A DNA stretch of 64,000 nt from Promethearchaeota archaeon (GTDB taxonomy: Archaea; Asgardarchaeota; Lokiarchaeia; Sigyniarchaeales; SOKP01), in contig JAEOTA010000012.1 in the NCBI GenBank assembly GCA_016840085.1, positions 96,001 to 160,000 on the forward strand, read 5' to 3'. A program made the position numbers and the translations under genes. Each line of letters starts with the position of its first letter. Position 1 is the first letter of the stretch. The notes under the pieces are model-generated. The model saw only the letters and a list, made by a program, of their open reading frames with translations, was not told the origin of the DNA and searched no databases. Shown piece after piece: positions 51,079-61,665 of the stretch.

Positions 51079-53490
51079 ATGTCGTTTCTAAAACAATTAA
51101 TAGCATATTCAAAAGAAGAGTTTAATGGAAATGAATTAAAAACTTTAAAAGAATGTTTCAATCATTTCCTAAATGCCATATCAGATTGCCATAAGACATT
51201 TATTATTAAAAATACAATTGAAATACCAAAACAAGTATTTAAAGACGGAGAACTATTTAAAGGGTTTAAATGTCTTGAAAAAAAAGGTCTAACTCAAGAT
51301 AAATACCTATTACCAAAAGCTTATTTATATTATGAAACCCTTATACAAAAATCACATAGATACTCCAATTATATATGCCAATTTCTTGAATATTTCAAGA
51401 AGAACTTGCGAGGTATAATTAGTGGAATGATTTATTATAACAATGCGTTTATGGAACAGTTTAAAAGAAAGGGATTAAATGACAATGAGATTGTATTTTT
51501 ACTATTCCTATTAAATGATTTAAGATATATTAAATTATCTTGGGGAAGCCCAAATCCTCCTCATCCAGATGACCCCTTATATGGGAATTTAAAAGTAAAT
51601 GAAGTTACTGAAAAAGGATTTTCACTTATAAATAATATATGTATTATTAAAAAGCATAATGATGTAATTCGCTTTATAAAAAGAATAGTAAATGATTATT
51701 TAGACGAGAATTATTTTGGAATTCATTTGAAAATCTTGGCAAATAAAATAGAACAAAATAAAAATAAGTGGCTAATTAATTACATAAGAATGGATTTGAT
51801 AAAAGAAAAGAGTGAAGGATATTCTAACGAAGCATACTCAACAGATAAAAAAGCAATTTTTTTTCAGGATATAGTAGAAATTGATAATATTTTTGCCAAA
51901 TTTTCAAATAATGGATATATTTATGAAAATGAAGGACACCAATTCTTTTTTAATGAAAATTTATCAATTCCAGGAGATTATGAAACTTTTAAAAGTAATT
52001 TTAACACAAATTTTTATCAATATTCTTATATCAAGTGTAATAAAGAAGTTAATCTAATATTTCAAGATGCTCTCTATTCTCCTAATTTGGATTCTTACTA
52101 TCAAAAAGTTGTCGATAAAAAATATTTTTACAATGAAAATCCTTTAAATGGCATGACTATAATAAAAAGATTTATTGGATTTTCTTTCCCTATGGATAAT
52201 ATTCCAAGTCCACTTATATTAATTGTATTTCCAATCAACTCATTTATATTTAAGCTGAATAAGGATGTATTTAATATACATCAAGATTTGGAAGTAAATT
52301 GGGACGTAAAAGGAAGGATTAAAGACTTAATTTATTTAACTTATAAAAAGGGGAAGAGTGATCCTATAAGAATTAAGAATATTATCGCAAAAATAAAGAT
52401 CGAGGATAACTTATCAGGAATTTTGCAATTTGAAGTGTCTTGGTTAGGAACTGATGATTTATTACCAAATGGGTGTATATTATATAAAAAGGAAATCTCT
52501 TATATGAAGAATAATCAAATAAAAAGAGAGAAAGCAGATGATAAAGAATCCAATGAGGAATTTTTTAAATATTTAGAAGAGTGTCTTTCTGAACCCACTC
52601 CAAAGCGTGCTGAACATGGTAAGTATGATACAGGAATCCTAATAATTTCTCAAAAATTAAATAGTGAAACTGAAAACTTTTCTATTGTCGATTTTGGATG
52701 TGGAAATGGCAGACTTATATATGGCCTAAACAATTTAGACCCAAAGGTGCTCGAAAAATTGACCTATTTTGGAATAGATATCAATCAAAATTATCTTGAT
52801 GAATGCAAAAAGATAGCAACAGAATTACAATTTAAAAAAAAAATAAAGGAATTTCATATTTTAACTCCAGATAAATTTTTCGAATTAGAAATTGAAGTAG
52901 AATATATTTTTTTAATTCATGTTATACATGAATTAAAGGTTTGTGATCTCCTTGGAATTATGTATGATCTTTTATACAGATTAAAAAATGGAGGTAATGT
53001 AATGATACATGAAATGGTAGAACTTATAGAAGGAGAAAAGGATTTCATTTCTTATGATAAGGATGACTATTATGAACTCTTTGATAATAAAGGATTAACT
53101 ATCCATTGTTATTCATACTCATCTAGAAGGATGCATAATCCGTTGATAACAGTTAATTTAATTAAAAAGGAAGATATTACAGAGATATCAAAATTTATTA
53201 ATTCAATAAAATCAGCACTAACAAATAAAAGACAAAGAATCAAGAATGAAATAAAAAGTCTTCAAGAAAAAACTAATATTCTAAAAACAAAAGAATACGC
53301 ACGATTAATGGCTTTATTTAATAACCTTATATTTCAATTAGACGAATATGATGAAATAATTCAAGGGAAAGGAATTCCTATTCATTCAAAAAAATGTCCT
53401 AAATGTGGATTCAATGAAATGTTTATTTTACGTGATACAAATACTTGGAAAATGAGATGTGGAAAGTGTAGTTTGATTGTCTCAATTTAG
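51079..53490 (+). CDS. Large protein with C-terminal class I SAM-dependent methyltransferase and terminal Zn ribbon
   Basis: IVDFGCGNGRL, YFGIDIN, HVIHE, LKNGG; CPKC...CGKC. Confidence 0.8.
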   Translation: MSFLKQLIAYSKEEFNGNELKTLKECFNHFLNAISDCHKTFIIKNTIEIPKQVFKDGELFKGFKCLEKKGLTQDKYLLPKAYLYYETLIQKSHRYSNYICQFLEYFKKNLRGIISGMIYYNNAFMEQFKRKGLNDNEIVFLLFLLNDLRYIKLSWGSPNPPHPDDPLYGNLKVNEVTEKGFSLINNICIIKKHNDVIRFIKRIVNDYLDENYFGIHLKILANKIEQNKNKWLINYIRMDLIKEKSEGYSNEAYSTDKKAIFFQDIVEIDNIFAKFSNNGYIYENEGHQFFFNENLSIPGDYETFKSNFNTNFYQYSYIKCNKEVNLIFQDALYSPNLDSYYQKVVDKKYFYNENPLNGMTIIKRFIGFSFPMDNIPSPLILIVFPINSFIFKLNKDVFNIHQDLEVNWDVKGRIKDLIYLTYKKGKSDPIRIKNIIAKIKIEDNLSGILQFEVSWLGTDDLLPNGCILYKKEISYMKNNQIKREKADDKESNEEFFKYLEECLSEPTPKRAEHGKYDTGILIISQKLNSETENFSIVDFGCGNGRLIYGLNNLDPKVLEKLTYFGIDINQNYLDECKKIATELQFKKKIKEFHILTPDKFFELEIEVEYIFLIHVIHELKVCDLLGIMYDLLYRLKNGGNVMIHEMVELIEGEKDFISYDKDDYYELFDNKGLTIHCYSYSSRRMHNPLITVNLIKKEDITEISKFINSIKSALTNKRQRIKNEIKSLQEKTNILKTKEYARLMALFNNLIFQLDEYDEIIQGKGIPIHSKKCPKCGFNEMFILRDTNTWKMRCGKCSLIVSI

Positions 53491-53821
53491 TTGTAATATT
53501 TTTAATTAATTAGTACCAGACTTATCCCTAATTATTTAAATTTTCCTTCTTGTTAAGAGTATTCAAAGTAGGTCATTTTATAGTTTTTTATCAAACCGAA
53601 GTTTAGAATTATTTGCTATTAAAACATAGAGAAATGATAAAACAACGTTTCGATACTATTTTTTTCAAGATAATTAATAGTAGAATTCATTTTCTCATTA
53701 TTCAATCAATTTTTAAAAATTGATATAAAAATATAGGAATTAAATATAAGTTAGGAAATCTTTATTTAATAGGAGTATTCTATATAAAGAACTCCTAATC
53801 ATAAAAGTGAGATGAAAAATA

Positions 53822-54088
53822 ATGGTTATAATTGAACATACAGAAAATGAATGGCGAGATTTATGTAAAGCTTTAATTGAAAAAGTACGTAGTATATCTA
53901 TAGGTTTATTTGAATGGACAAATAAACCTGATGAGGATTCGGGGAAAAAAATACATCATATTAAGGAATATTTTGTGGAAAAAATTCTTTTTGGTCTTGA
54001 GAAAAATAGTATATTTTCAGGTATAAATTTCATAAGTATTAAACCACCATATGAAGATATTATCGAGAAGTTATTTAATAACTTGTGA
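53822..54088 (+). CDS. Hypothetical protein
   Basis: 88-aa ORF; upstream TATATAAA enclosed by a TAGGAGT/ACTCCTA inverted repeat (53770-53797). Confidence 0.55.
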   Translation: MVIIEHTENEWRDLCKALIEKVRSISIGLFEWTNKPDEDSGKKIHHIKEYFVEKILFGLEKNSIFSGINFISIKPPYEDIIEKLFNNL

Positions 54089-54120
54089 ATAAATTTAAAA
54101 TCTTATTAAAAATATGCTAA

Positions 54121-54178
54121 AAAAAAGTTGTCAGTGAACTAATAAGTTGTTTTTGCGTCATTAAAAAGTTGTCGTACA
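54121..54178 (-). repeat. Three AAGTTGT repeats ending in ACA, like a transposon end
   Basis: Repeats at 54125, 54144, 54166; minus strand reads TGTACGACAACTT, starting 6 bp after the TFB stop. Confidence 0.45.
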
Positions 54179-54184
54179 ATGTAT

Positions 54185-55213
54185 CTACCTTATTGATTGT
54201 CTAAAAATAGGTTTTAAAACATTAACATAATGGTCTCTTATAGAATATTCAGCGATATTAGTAGCTTCAGAAATAATCCATTGAGCTAAGACAGGTTTTT
54301 GAAAAAATTTTTTAGCTAATAGTTTGTCTGCCAAATAAATAATCCCCCCTGTTAAAATAAAGGGATTTCTACCTCCACGCTGTTTCATAGGTAACTTTTT
54401 TAATATCTCACGACTCTGTATAGTCAATTTATTCTGAAATTCTCTTTTTGACCAAAGTACATATTTCTTTTTCAATCTCTCTTCCAAATCTTTATGATTT
54501 ATGACTTGATTAATTAATCTCATGAGATAATCTTCACTTTTATGAGGGAAATTCTCATCTTTAATATGATGTTTATATTCTATTCCATCTCTTAAAATTA
54601 ATCTAGGATTAACTCGATGACCGTAGTTTTGAAAAGCCTCAGAGATCTCCTTTATTGTAATAGGTGCATTATGATATTCTTTCCTCGCAGCATAAAATAT
54701 ACAAAACCCTATTAATGAGATGTTATTTACAACCTTAACCTCATTCTTGATTATTTTCCTATAATAATACGCTGCATTGTCTCTAATATTTTTATTGAGA
54801 TTTAGATATGACGAAATTTTATTTAAAATATTGAAAATCCTGTATTCTGTTTCATGATTTTTAAGCCTTAATAATTGATCATAATTTTTTTTTAATCTTC
54901 TAAATAACTTTTGCTCATTCGGACGTAAAAGTCTACCAGCTTTATCTTTTAAAAACATAGAATTTTCGTAATCTATATATGAACCTAATCCCCCAATAAA
55001 ATCAATACGCTCCCCTAAAGCTATATATTGTTTGCTTAAAGTTCTTTCATTATTCTTATTATTTTCAGTAGAAACAAAAGATGATTCCTTAAAAAAAATA
55101 TCAATCACTAATCCACATTTAGTACAAATCTTTTCAAAGCTATTATGGATTAAATTTCCACCACATTCAGGACAAGATTCATTTTCATTATTATTTATTT
55201 TGTCGGTTACCAT
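54185..55213 (-). CDS. tfb: Transcription initiation factor TFB (TFIIB) paralog, full length
   Basis: CPECGG...CTKCGLVI Zn ribbon, GGLGSYI linker, two cyclin repeats with GRNP. Confidence 0.95.
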   Translation of the reverse strand: MVTDKINNNENESCPECGGNLIHNSFEKICTKCGLVIDIFFKESSFVSTENNKNNERTLSKQYIALGERIDFIGGLGSYIDYENSMFLKDKAGRLLRPNEQKLFRRLKKNYDQLLRLKNHETEYRIFNILNKISSYLNLNKNIRDNAAYYYRKIIKNEVKVVNNISLIGFCIFYAARKEYHNAPITIKEISEAFQNYGHRVNPRLILRDGIEYKHHIKDENFPHKSEDYLMRLINQVINHKDLEERLKKKYVLWSKREFQNKLTIQSREILKKLPMKQRGGRNPFILTGGIIYLADKLLAKKFFQKPVLAQWIISEATNIAEYSIRDHYVNVLKPIFRQSIR

Positions 55214-55549
55214 TATCCCCCCATATTTTAAATCTAAAGAATAAAAACAGCTCGGATTTTATCTTAATTTTGTGAAAAGTGAATTCACTCACAGAGAATT
55301 CTATTTCATATTAATAGAATAAAAAACTTCAGAGAAGGAGAGATAATTAGAAGTAAAATTTAGGTTATTTTGCAAAATATCTTCTAAAAAGATTAAATTA
55401 ATTCATTAAATCTTTGATAAGTCTTAAAATGTCGTCAATTTCTTCACAATTTATTAATCAGGTCCCACACCTCTATTTAAGATAGTATTTGATTATTCCA
55501 AATCCAAATATGCATCAACAAGTAATTCCTTTATGAAATACTTCTGAAA

Positions 55550-55850
55550 TTAAATTTCTCTTTTTCTGTATTTTTTCTTAAATAATTTAATCAATTGCTT
55601 TATATCTTTTTTAATTTTATCTTGATCTTTTTCTGATTTAGCTGATTTGAATTCAATTTCACCAATAACATCAGTGTTTTTAAAAACATCTCGGATCAAA
55701 TTATTAGTATCTTGTTTGATTACTAATATAATAGGCTTTTTCAAACTCTTCGCGTAAAGAACTTTTTCTATTAATTCCACCCTTTCAAAAAATAGGTTCG
55801 AGACCAACGAATATCCAATATGATGATTCTTCTAAATCTCTTTTCCAGCT
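55550..55850 (-). pseudogene. Possible frameshifted TIR-like fragment
   Basis: DLEESSYWIF / VSNLFF...LYAKSLKKPIILV split across two frames. Confidence 0.3.
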
Positions 55851-56452
55851 CAATTTATCTCCCTCTTTTCCCTAGGAAATACTTTTAAAAAATTATCTCC
55901 CTCAATTTGGATAATCTGTATTTTTTTGTCTTGAAAAAGGATAACTTCTTTTTCTTCTAATCCATATGCTAATTCACAATTTTTTAATAAAGTTAAGGAC
56001 CAATTAATATATTCTTTGTATGCTATTCCTGTTATTTTATACTCATCAGTAACATTTTGATTATTAGGAGGACCATAAAAATCTTTATCCCATGTCCAAA
56101 ATTCTGGGAATTCACCACCACTCAAGACAGAGAGATCTTCGTCTCCTTTATGATTCTTAAGAAAACCGTGTTTGCCAGATATTTCCCAAAAAGTATAAAT
56201 TTTAAAAGGATCTGGAAAAGATTGAAATGTGTTTATCAAAAAATTAAATTGACTGGTAATTTCCTCCTCAAATTTTTTCATTGCTTCTAATTTATGGATT
56301 TTCTTAGTTTCAGTGAGGGTTTCAATATGTGTTTTAATCTGATCTGGATAAAACTTCTTCCATTCTTTCAAAAATAAATTTAGATACTCTTTCAATTCTT
56401 CTGATCTTAGCACTTTTAAAGAAAGGAAATTTAGTTTCAAATATTCCATCAA
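55850..56452 (-). CDS. Putative ART-fold protein, paralog of 13152-13730
   Basis: Shared FLKEWKKFYPDQIKTH, FKIY, WTWDKD, INWSLTLLKNCE, YGLEEKEVIL. Confidence 0.5.
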   Translation of the reverse strand: MMEYLKLNFLSLKVLRSEELKEYLNLFLKEWKKFYPDQIKTHIETLTETKKIHKLEAMKKFEEEITSQFNFLINTFQSFPDPFKIYTFWEISGKHGFLKNHKGDEDLSVLSGGEFPEFWTWDKDFYGPPNNQNVTDEYKITGIAYKEYINWSLTLLKNCELAYGLEEKEVILFQDKKIQIIQIEGDNFLKVFPREKREIN

Positions 56453-56568
56453 AAAGAGTAAGGATAATTTTTAATAAATTTGAGCTAAATGATTAAAGGA
56501 AACTCCTAATCGTTAACAAAAGAACGGGAAATAATTAATATATATAAAAATATCTCCCAGATCCTCTT

Positions 56569-56892
56569 TTGGCTAAAGAATTAGCAGAGGAATTAAATAC
56601 TAATCTTAAAAACATTCATGCTTATATTTCTATTTTAAGACAAAAGGGAATAATTATTCGTATTTGTAAAATAGGACGAACGGCGTTATATGGGTTAAAA
56701 GAATCAAAATATCACCAACTCATGCATGAAAACGATAAATTAACTAACGAAATAAAAAAATTAAAGGAAAAAAATAAAAAATATAAGGCTTATATAAATC
56801 AATTGGGTAGATTTCTTGTCTCATTAATTAAAAATGATTTAATTAGCGACACAATTAAAACGAAACTCATTTCCTCTCTTAAAGATAAGTAA
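56569..56892 (+). CDS. wHTH plus coiled-coil protein
   Basis: AKELAEELNTNLKNIHAYISILRQKGII. Confidence 0.7.
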   Translation: MAKELAEELNTNLKNIHAYISILRQKGIIIRICKIGRTALYGLKESKYHQLMHENDKLTNEIKKLKEKNKKYKAYINQLGRFLVSLIKNDLISDTIKTKLISSLKDK

Positions 56893-57398
56893 TATACAAA
56901 ATTGTTTCTTTTAACCTCTATAAAATAAGGAACAATCTCAAATTTCCATCCTAAAAAAAACGTCAATTGGATTTTATTTTTCAACTCTTTTTTTAATAGT
57001 ATCTTCAAGTAATTGAATTTATAATTGTTAATTTTGAGGTGCTACAAAACTTAGTAATAAGGTTTAAAAAATGATGGATAATGAATAAATGAAGATATTT
57101 ATAGAATCAATGTTATCTACGTGCCTTAAATAACTCTATTTATTTCTAAAAATTTTATCACTAAACAAATTGTCTATTTTTCTTTCTATTAAATGTATTT
57201 ATTTACTCTTATAAAACATATTTTTCTTTAAATACAAATGATTTACATTTTGTTTATTAAATATGTAATAGATACTGATAAAAAATTTAATAACGTTTTT
57301 CAATTTATGTTTTATGACAAAAATATTATGAAAAGTTAAAAATTTTTGAATAGTTTTTATTAAAAATCGAATTATAATTTTTTTACTTAATAAAAGAA

Positions 57399-58214
57399 AT
57401 GCAGGTTCACGAAATTCGCAATATAACAAATAGAATAAAAGAAAAATCAGAAATCAAGACATTTGCAGAATCAGAATTATTTTTAAAAGAATTTCCATTA
57501 GATTTAAGAGAAATTATATTAAAACATATTAATGAATCTTTCGAAAAATTAAAAAGATCTTTATTTCAAGCACTAAAAATTATTCTAGTAAAGTATTCAA
57601 ATCAAGATTTGATATCAAAAACAGCAGATTTCTTTCAAAAACCAAAAAGTCAGAAATCTAAACCTAAAAAAATAATTTTTACTGAGGAAGAAATTGATGA
57701 TTTTGAACAATTAAAATCCGATTTAAATGATTTTTTTTTGGTAATAAGAGATATGTATACACTTAAAGATCATCTAATTATCGGTTGGAATGAATTCTGT
57801 GTTAATCAAGGAATAACTCGTGAGATTCCTTTAGACTCAAAAATCAGAAGAATTTTTAAAATAAATGAATTTTTAGAAGAAGAATTTGATTCCCCAACTT
57901 ACAATATTCTAGATCCAATATATAATTTTTTTAATGTTCTTGAGAAAGAGGATATTGCTAGCTTATTAATAGGAAATTCAGTGTGGAATTTATCAATTGA
58001 TTATTTTAATAAAATAACTCGTTATAAGATTATGCCTCATAATGGAGCATTAATAATACTTATTTATTATGAAGGAATATTAGTAGTTATGAAAACATTG
58101 AGCATTTGTAAAAACATTCAAGACGTTAATACTTTAGCATCAACATACTATAAGATTTCACAATATGAAGAATGCATTAATTTTATAATAGAACCTTGGA
58201 GGGAGATTTTTTAA
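57399..58214 (+). CDS. Hypothetical protein, first gene of a five-gene operon
   Basis: 271 aa; TAATG overlap with the next gene. Confidence 0.75.
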   Translation: MQVHEIRNITNRIKEKSEIKTFAESELFLKEFPLDLREIILKHINESFEKLKRSLFQALKIILVKYSNQDLISKTADFFQKPKSQKSKPKKIIFTEEEIDDFEQLKSDLNDFFLVIRDMYTLKDHLIIGWNEFCVNQGITREIPLDSKIRRIFKINEFLEEEFDSPTYNILDPIYNFFNVLEKEDIASLLIGNSVWNLSIDYFNKITRYKIMPHNGALIILIYYEGILVVMKTLSICKNIQDVNTLASTYYKISQYEECINFIIEPWREIF

Positions 58215-60004
58215 TGTACAGATTTGATAATGTGCCACTTTCAATAACCTACCCATCTATAAGCCAAATAAAAGAATTTAAACCTTTTACGCTAAAATAT
58301 TATCCAATCCTACAATTGGAAGATATTGCCGAAAATCCTTGTTTAAGAACACCTTATCTGAGAATCTTAAAAGGATACGACACTTATATCTCAAAAAATA
58401 ATATTATAATTCCCTGGGATTCAAGAGAAAATATTTATCATATGTATTCACAAGATAGTAAAATATTCGAAGAAATAATTCTTTGGATGATACAATATAG
58501 TAATATTGAATTAGGGTTAGAGGAAGAGGAATTTGAAAAAGAAATATGGGAAAACCGGATAAGAAATGAGATCAATGAAAAACATCATGCTATTTCTGAT
58601 ATAGTAATCGAAACATTTAAGAAATTTATACGTTTTGAAGGTGGATTTGAAAAAATTAAAGAAAACAAATTATTATTTAATGTTTTTGCATTTTCACCTA
58701 GTATTCCTGTCCCGAGAGATATCAATAATGTTTATTATACTTTAAGGGAATATGTTAATGAAAAATTAATAAATCATCCAGAAATTAATTTTAAAAATAT
58801 TCATCATTCTGAATACTTTATAGATCCAAGAGCAGATCTTTTTCCTGCATTTGGAACAGTTCCACTAATAGATTTTACAAAGAAGAGCATTATTTCCTTT
58901 AAGTATTTATCCTTAAATTGGTTTAAGAATTATAATAGTGAAGTTGATATTGATGCTGCCTTTAAATTAGCTTATATATTTCCTGATCTATTTCATTTAT
59001 GGCTATGGAGATATGCTGTACAAAATTTACCAGATAATTTATCAGTAAATTTCAAATTAACTTATATGGACAAACAAATATTTAAAGCAAATGATTTTCC
59101 AGAAATTGAGAATTTTTCAGAATTTTCAAATTACTCTATAAATGTTATAACTCCTGATGGAATATTTAATGATACATTAATTAATGATTTAGATATTAAT
59201 ATATCAAAACTTCTAACAGAGAAATTAATTATTACTACATTAGCAAATAGTAATAAACCATATCGAGCTAGAAAAATAGATGATATTTGTCCTTTTCACG
59301 ATTTTAAAGAATATAATTTATGTTGCCATCAACATTTCGGATATAGACGATGTATGATGAAGGATGTTATCAAATTTCCTCCAAGTAGATTTGAGAGGAA
59401 TGTTGCCTTTTTTCAAAAATTTCTTAGAAATGAATATAATCATTTATCTAAACATTACTATTGGTTGTATCTTACCATGAAAGCTGATGATATAGATCAA
59501 TGTATTGAGCAAATCGATATGTATATTGGGCAAATCTATCGAAATATTGATTTAAAATTTATATATCATGATAAATCATATGAATTTTTTTTCAAAGATG
59601 CTCCTGTTGATGCAGAACCCGTTACAATAATACCATGGTCTCCTTTTATTTATTCAGAAGATTGGAATCTTAAAGGTATAATAAGAAGAATTAATGAGAA
59701 TCAATATCAATTTGAAAATACAAATAGCTCTTTCATAAGAAGTATGAATCTTCTATTATCTTATTTTCCACAGAATACTCCATTAAATGTTATCCTAATG
59801 AAATCATTAGAGGAAAAACCTTTACATTTGATTCAAAAAGAGAAAAGAGCTTTATGGAGTATTGTGAAACATCGGCATGACAAAAATGAAGATGAAACAG
59901 ATGATCAATTTGAAATAAGAAAAATGCAAGATAAATTAGAAAATAATTCTAAAAGAGCGGGAGTTGCTATATTTGGAGATAATGATGTAAAATATTTAGA
60001 ATAA
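58214..60004 (+). CDS. Cas4/Dna2-like PD-(D/E)xK-fold protein, possibly degenerate
   Basis: N-terminal PCLR Cys, ADL...LIDF core, downstream Cys cluster CPF...CC...C; start taken at MYRFD. Confidence 0.45.
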   Translation: MYRFDNVPLSITYPSISQIKEFKPFTLKYYPILQLEDIAENPCLRTPYLRILKGYDTYISKNNIIIPWDSRENIYHMYSQDSKIFEEIILWMIQYSNIELGLEEEEFEKEIWENRIRNEINEKHHAISDIVIETFKKFIRFEGGFEKIKENKLLFNVFAFSPSIPVPRDINNVYYTLREYVNEKLINHPEINFKNIHHSEYFIDPRADLFPAFGTVPLIDFTKKSIISFKYLSLNWFKNYNSEVDIDAAFKLAYIFPDLFHLWLWRYAVQNLPDNLSVNFKLTYMDKQIFKANDFPEIENFSEFSNYSINVITPDGIFNDTLINDLDINISKLLTEKLIITTLANSNKPYRARKIDDICPFHDFKEYNLCCHQHFGYRRCMMKDVIKFPPSRFERNVAFFQKFLRNEYNHLSKHYYWLYLTMKADDIDQCIEQIDMYIGQIYRNIDLKFIYHDKSYEFFFKDAPVDAEPVTIIPWSPFIYSEDWNLKGIIRRINENQYQFENTNSSFIRSMNLLLSYFPQNTPLNVILMKSLEEKPLHLIQKEKRALWSIVKHRHDKNEDETDDQFEIRKMQDKLENNSKRAGVAIFGDNDVKYLE

Positions 60005-60015
60005 AGGTATTAATT

Positions 60016-61650
60016 ATGTTAGATAAATATGGTAAAACAGATTTTCAGAGAGAGGTATCTGAAATAATAAAACAGAGACTTAATACAAACTTCTTTAATA
60101 AATATCAAGAAAAAGCAATAAAAATAATTTGGGGGCTTTCAAGGGAACAAAAGAACCAGAAATTTCAAAAAAATAAAGAAAAAGATACTAAAAAGTATAT
60201 ACAAAAGACTTTATTTCAACTAAATCAAAAATCTAACCCCGAACCGAATTTTGGTGTAATCCCAGAAAATCTTAAATTTGATCCAAATTTAATAATGAAT
60301 TCACACCAATATTATTCATCTTCGGTTATAATTGGTCCACCTGGAACTGGAAAAACGATTGTTATTGTTAATGGAAGTTTATTATTTATTTCTGCTCCAG
60401 TATATCACAGATCAATGCCAATAGTCTACATAGGAACACCTACTAATGAATCAGCAAATCGTATATTGGAAGCATTTCATGAATTTTTTGAAAATAATGA
60501 TATAAATGATGGATATAAATATGTTAAGAGAGTCTTTCCCAAAAAGGACAAAAATTTTTTTAGATTACCATTAAGGGACAATATAATTGAAAACCCTCGT
60601 CCTCCTAATTATCTTCTAAAGGAATATCAATCGATGATCTCGATGGCTTGGATCTATATAGGAACTGTATTCCAACTTCAATTATTATCTAATAAATATT
60701 CTATTAAACCCCAAGTAATCCTTTATGATGAAGCTTCACAATTAACACCACCTGAGATGTATTTACCTTTTTTTTATGAAAATAATCTTTCACCTAATAT
60801 CAGAGGTTCTTGTCTAGTAGGAGATAATTGTCAATTATCACCTATTACATCATTTACAGAATTAAGTACTAATGCCATAGATTTTGCAATTAGGAAGCTT
60901 CATTTTGGACAACAAAATGTTCCTACCAAAAGACAAATTATGCTTAGAAAGCAATATAGGATGCATCCAGCAATACGAGACTTATCAATGAAATTTGCTC
61001 CAGGGCGACATATTATAAAAGATGGAGATAATACAAAACAATTGTCACATCTTTTACAAAATTTTAAAGGATATAATGGTGATTTTTCAAAAAAAATAGA
61101 CAATATCCTGAATCCTCAAAAGACAGTTGTAATTATTGATACTTCTAATATTGACAATGCGATTAATCGAAGAATCGGGAGTTCTCGATATAATATTGGA
61201 GAAGTAAATATTGTTAGAGGTTTATTTAAACTAATTCAACATACTTATAATTTCGATGAATCTAATGAAGAATTTTTAAAATTAATTACACCATATAAAA
61301 ATCAAGCTATACGATTAAAATCGATCTATGAAAAAGCAGGCACAGCAGATAGTTTCCAAGGTCAGGAAGCAGATATTGTGTTAATTAGCTTAACATTAAC
61401 CGATTGTGTTCCATCACCTCATATAAGAGATAATCACCGCCTGCATGTTATGTTTTCAAGAGCAAAAAAAAAAATGATAATTATAGGGAGAAAAAGTACT
61501 TTTGAATCACCCAAAACAAGTGCGCCCCATATACGAGATATTTTTCATTATAAATATATTCCTTCAATTCGAAATATTGATTTAGGATATAAACCTGAAT
61601 ACATTATTTCTCTAAAAAAAGATTTTTATGATTTTTTATCAAAAATTTAA
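60016..61650 (+). CDS. SF1 helicase, Upf1/Dna2-like
   Basis: GPPGTGKT, PTNES, YDEASQ, VGDNCQL, QYRMHP, DSFQGQE, FSRAK. Confidence 0.93.
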   Translation: MLDKYGKTDFQREVSEIIKQRLNTNFFNKYQEKAIKIIWGLSREQKNQKFQKNKEKDTKKYIQKTLFQLNQKSNPEPNFGVIPENLKFDPNLIMNSHQYYSSSVIIGPPGTGKTIVIVNGSLLFISAPVYHRSMPIVYIGTPTNESANRILEAFHEFFENNDINDGYKYVKRVFPKKDKNFFRLPLRDNIIENPRPPNYLLKEYQSMISMAWIYIGTVFQLQLLSNKYSIKPQVILYDEASQLTPPEMYLPFFYENNLSPNIRGSCLVGDNCQLSPITSFTELSTNAIDFAIRKLHFGQQNVPTKRQIMLRKQYRMHPAIRDLSMKFAPGRHIIKDGDNTKQLSHLLQNFKGYNGDFSKKIDNILNPQKTVVIIDTSNIDNAINRRIGSSRYNIGEVNIVRGLFKLIQHTYNFDESNEEFLKLITPYKNQAIRLKSIYEKAGTADSFQGQEADIVLISLTLTDCVPSPHIRDNHRLHVMFSRAKKKMIIIGRKSTFESPKTSAPHIRDIFHYKYIPSIRNIDLGYKPEYIISLKKDFYDFLSKI

Positions 61651-61665
61651 ATAAAAGGAGGTAAT

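Larger units (their letters stand above)
10505..55096. mobile_element. Putative ~44.6 kb integrated plasmid/ICE-like element delimited by the TFB direct repeat
   Basis: Direct repeat 9588-10504 / 54180-55096; contains Orc1/Cdc6, secretion ATPases, regulators and cargo; no integrase recognised. Confidence 0.65.

Noticed and set aside
10505-55096. Provirus
   Set aside because: No capsid, portal, terminase, tail or viral polymerase motifs recognised
58214-60004. CRISPR-associated cas4
   Set aside because: No cas1/cas2 or array nearby; the protein is much longer and coupled to an SF1 helicase
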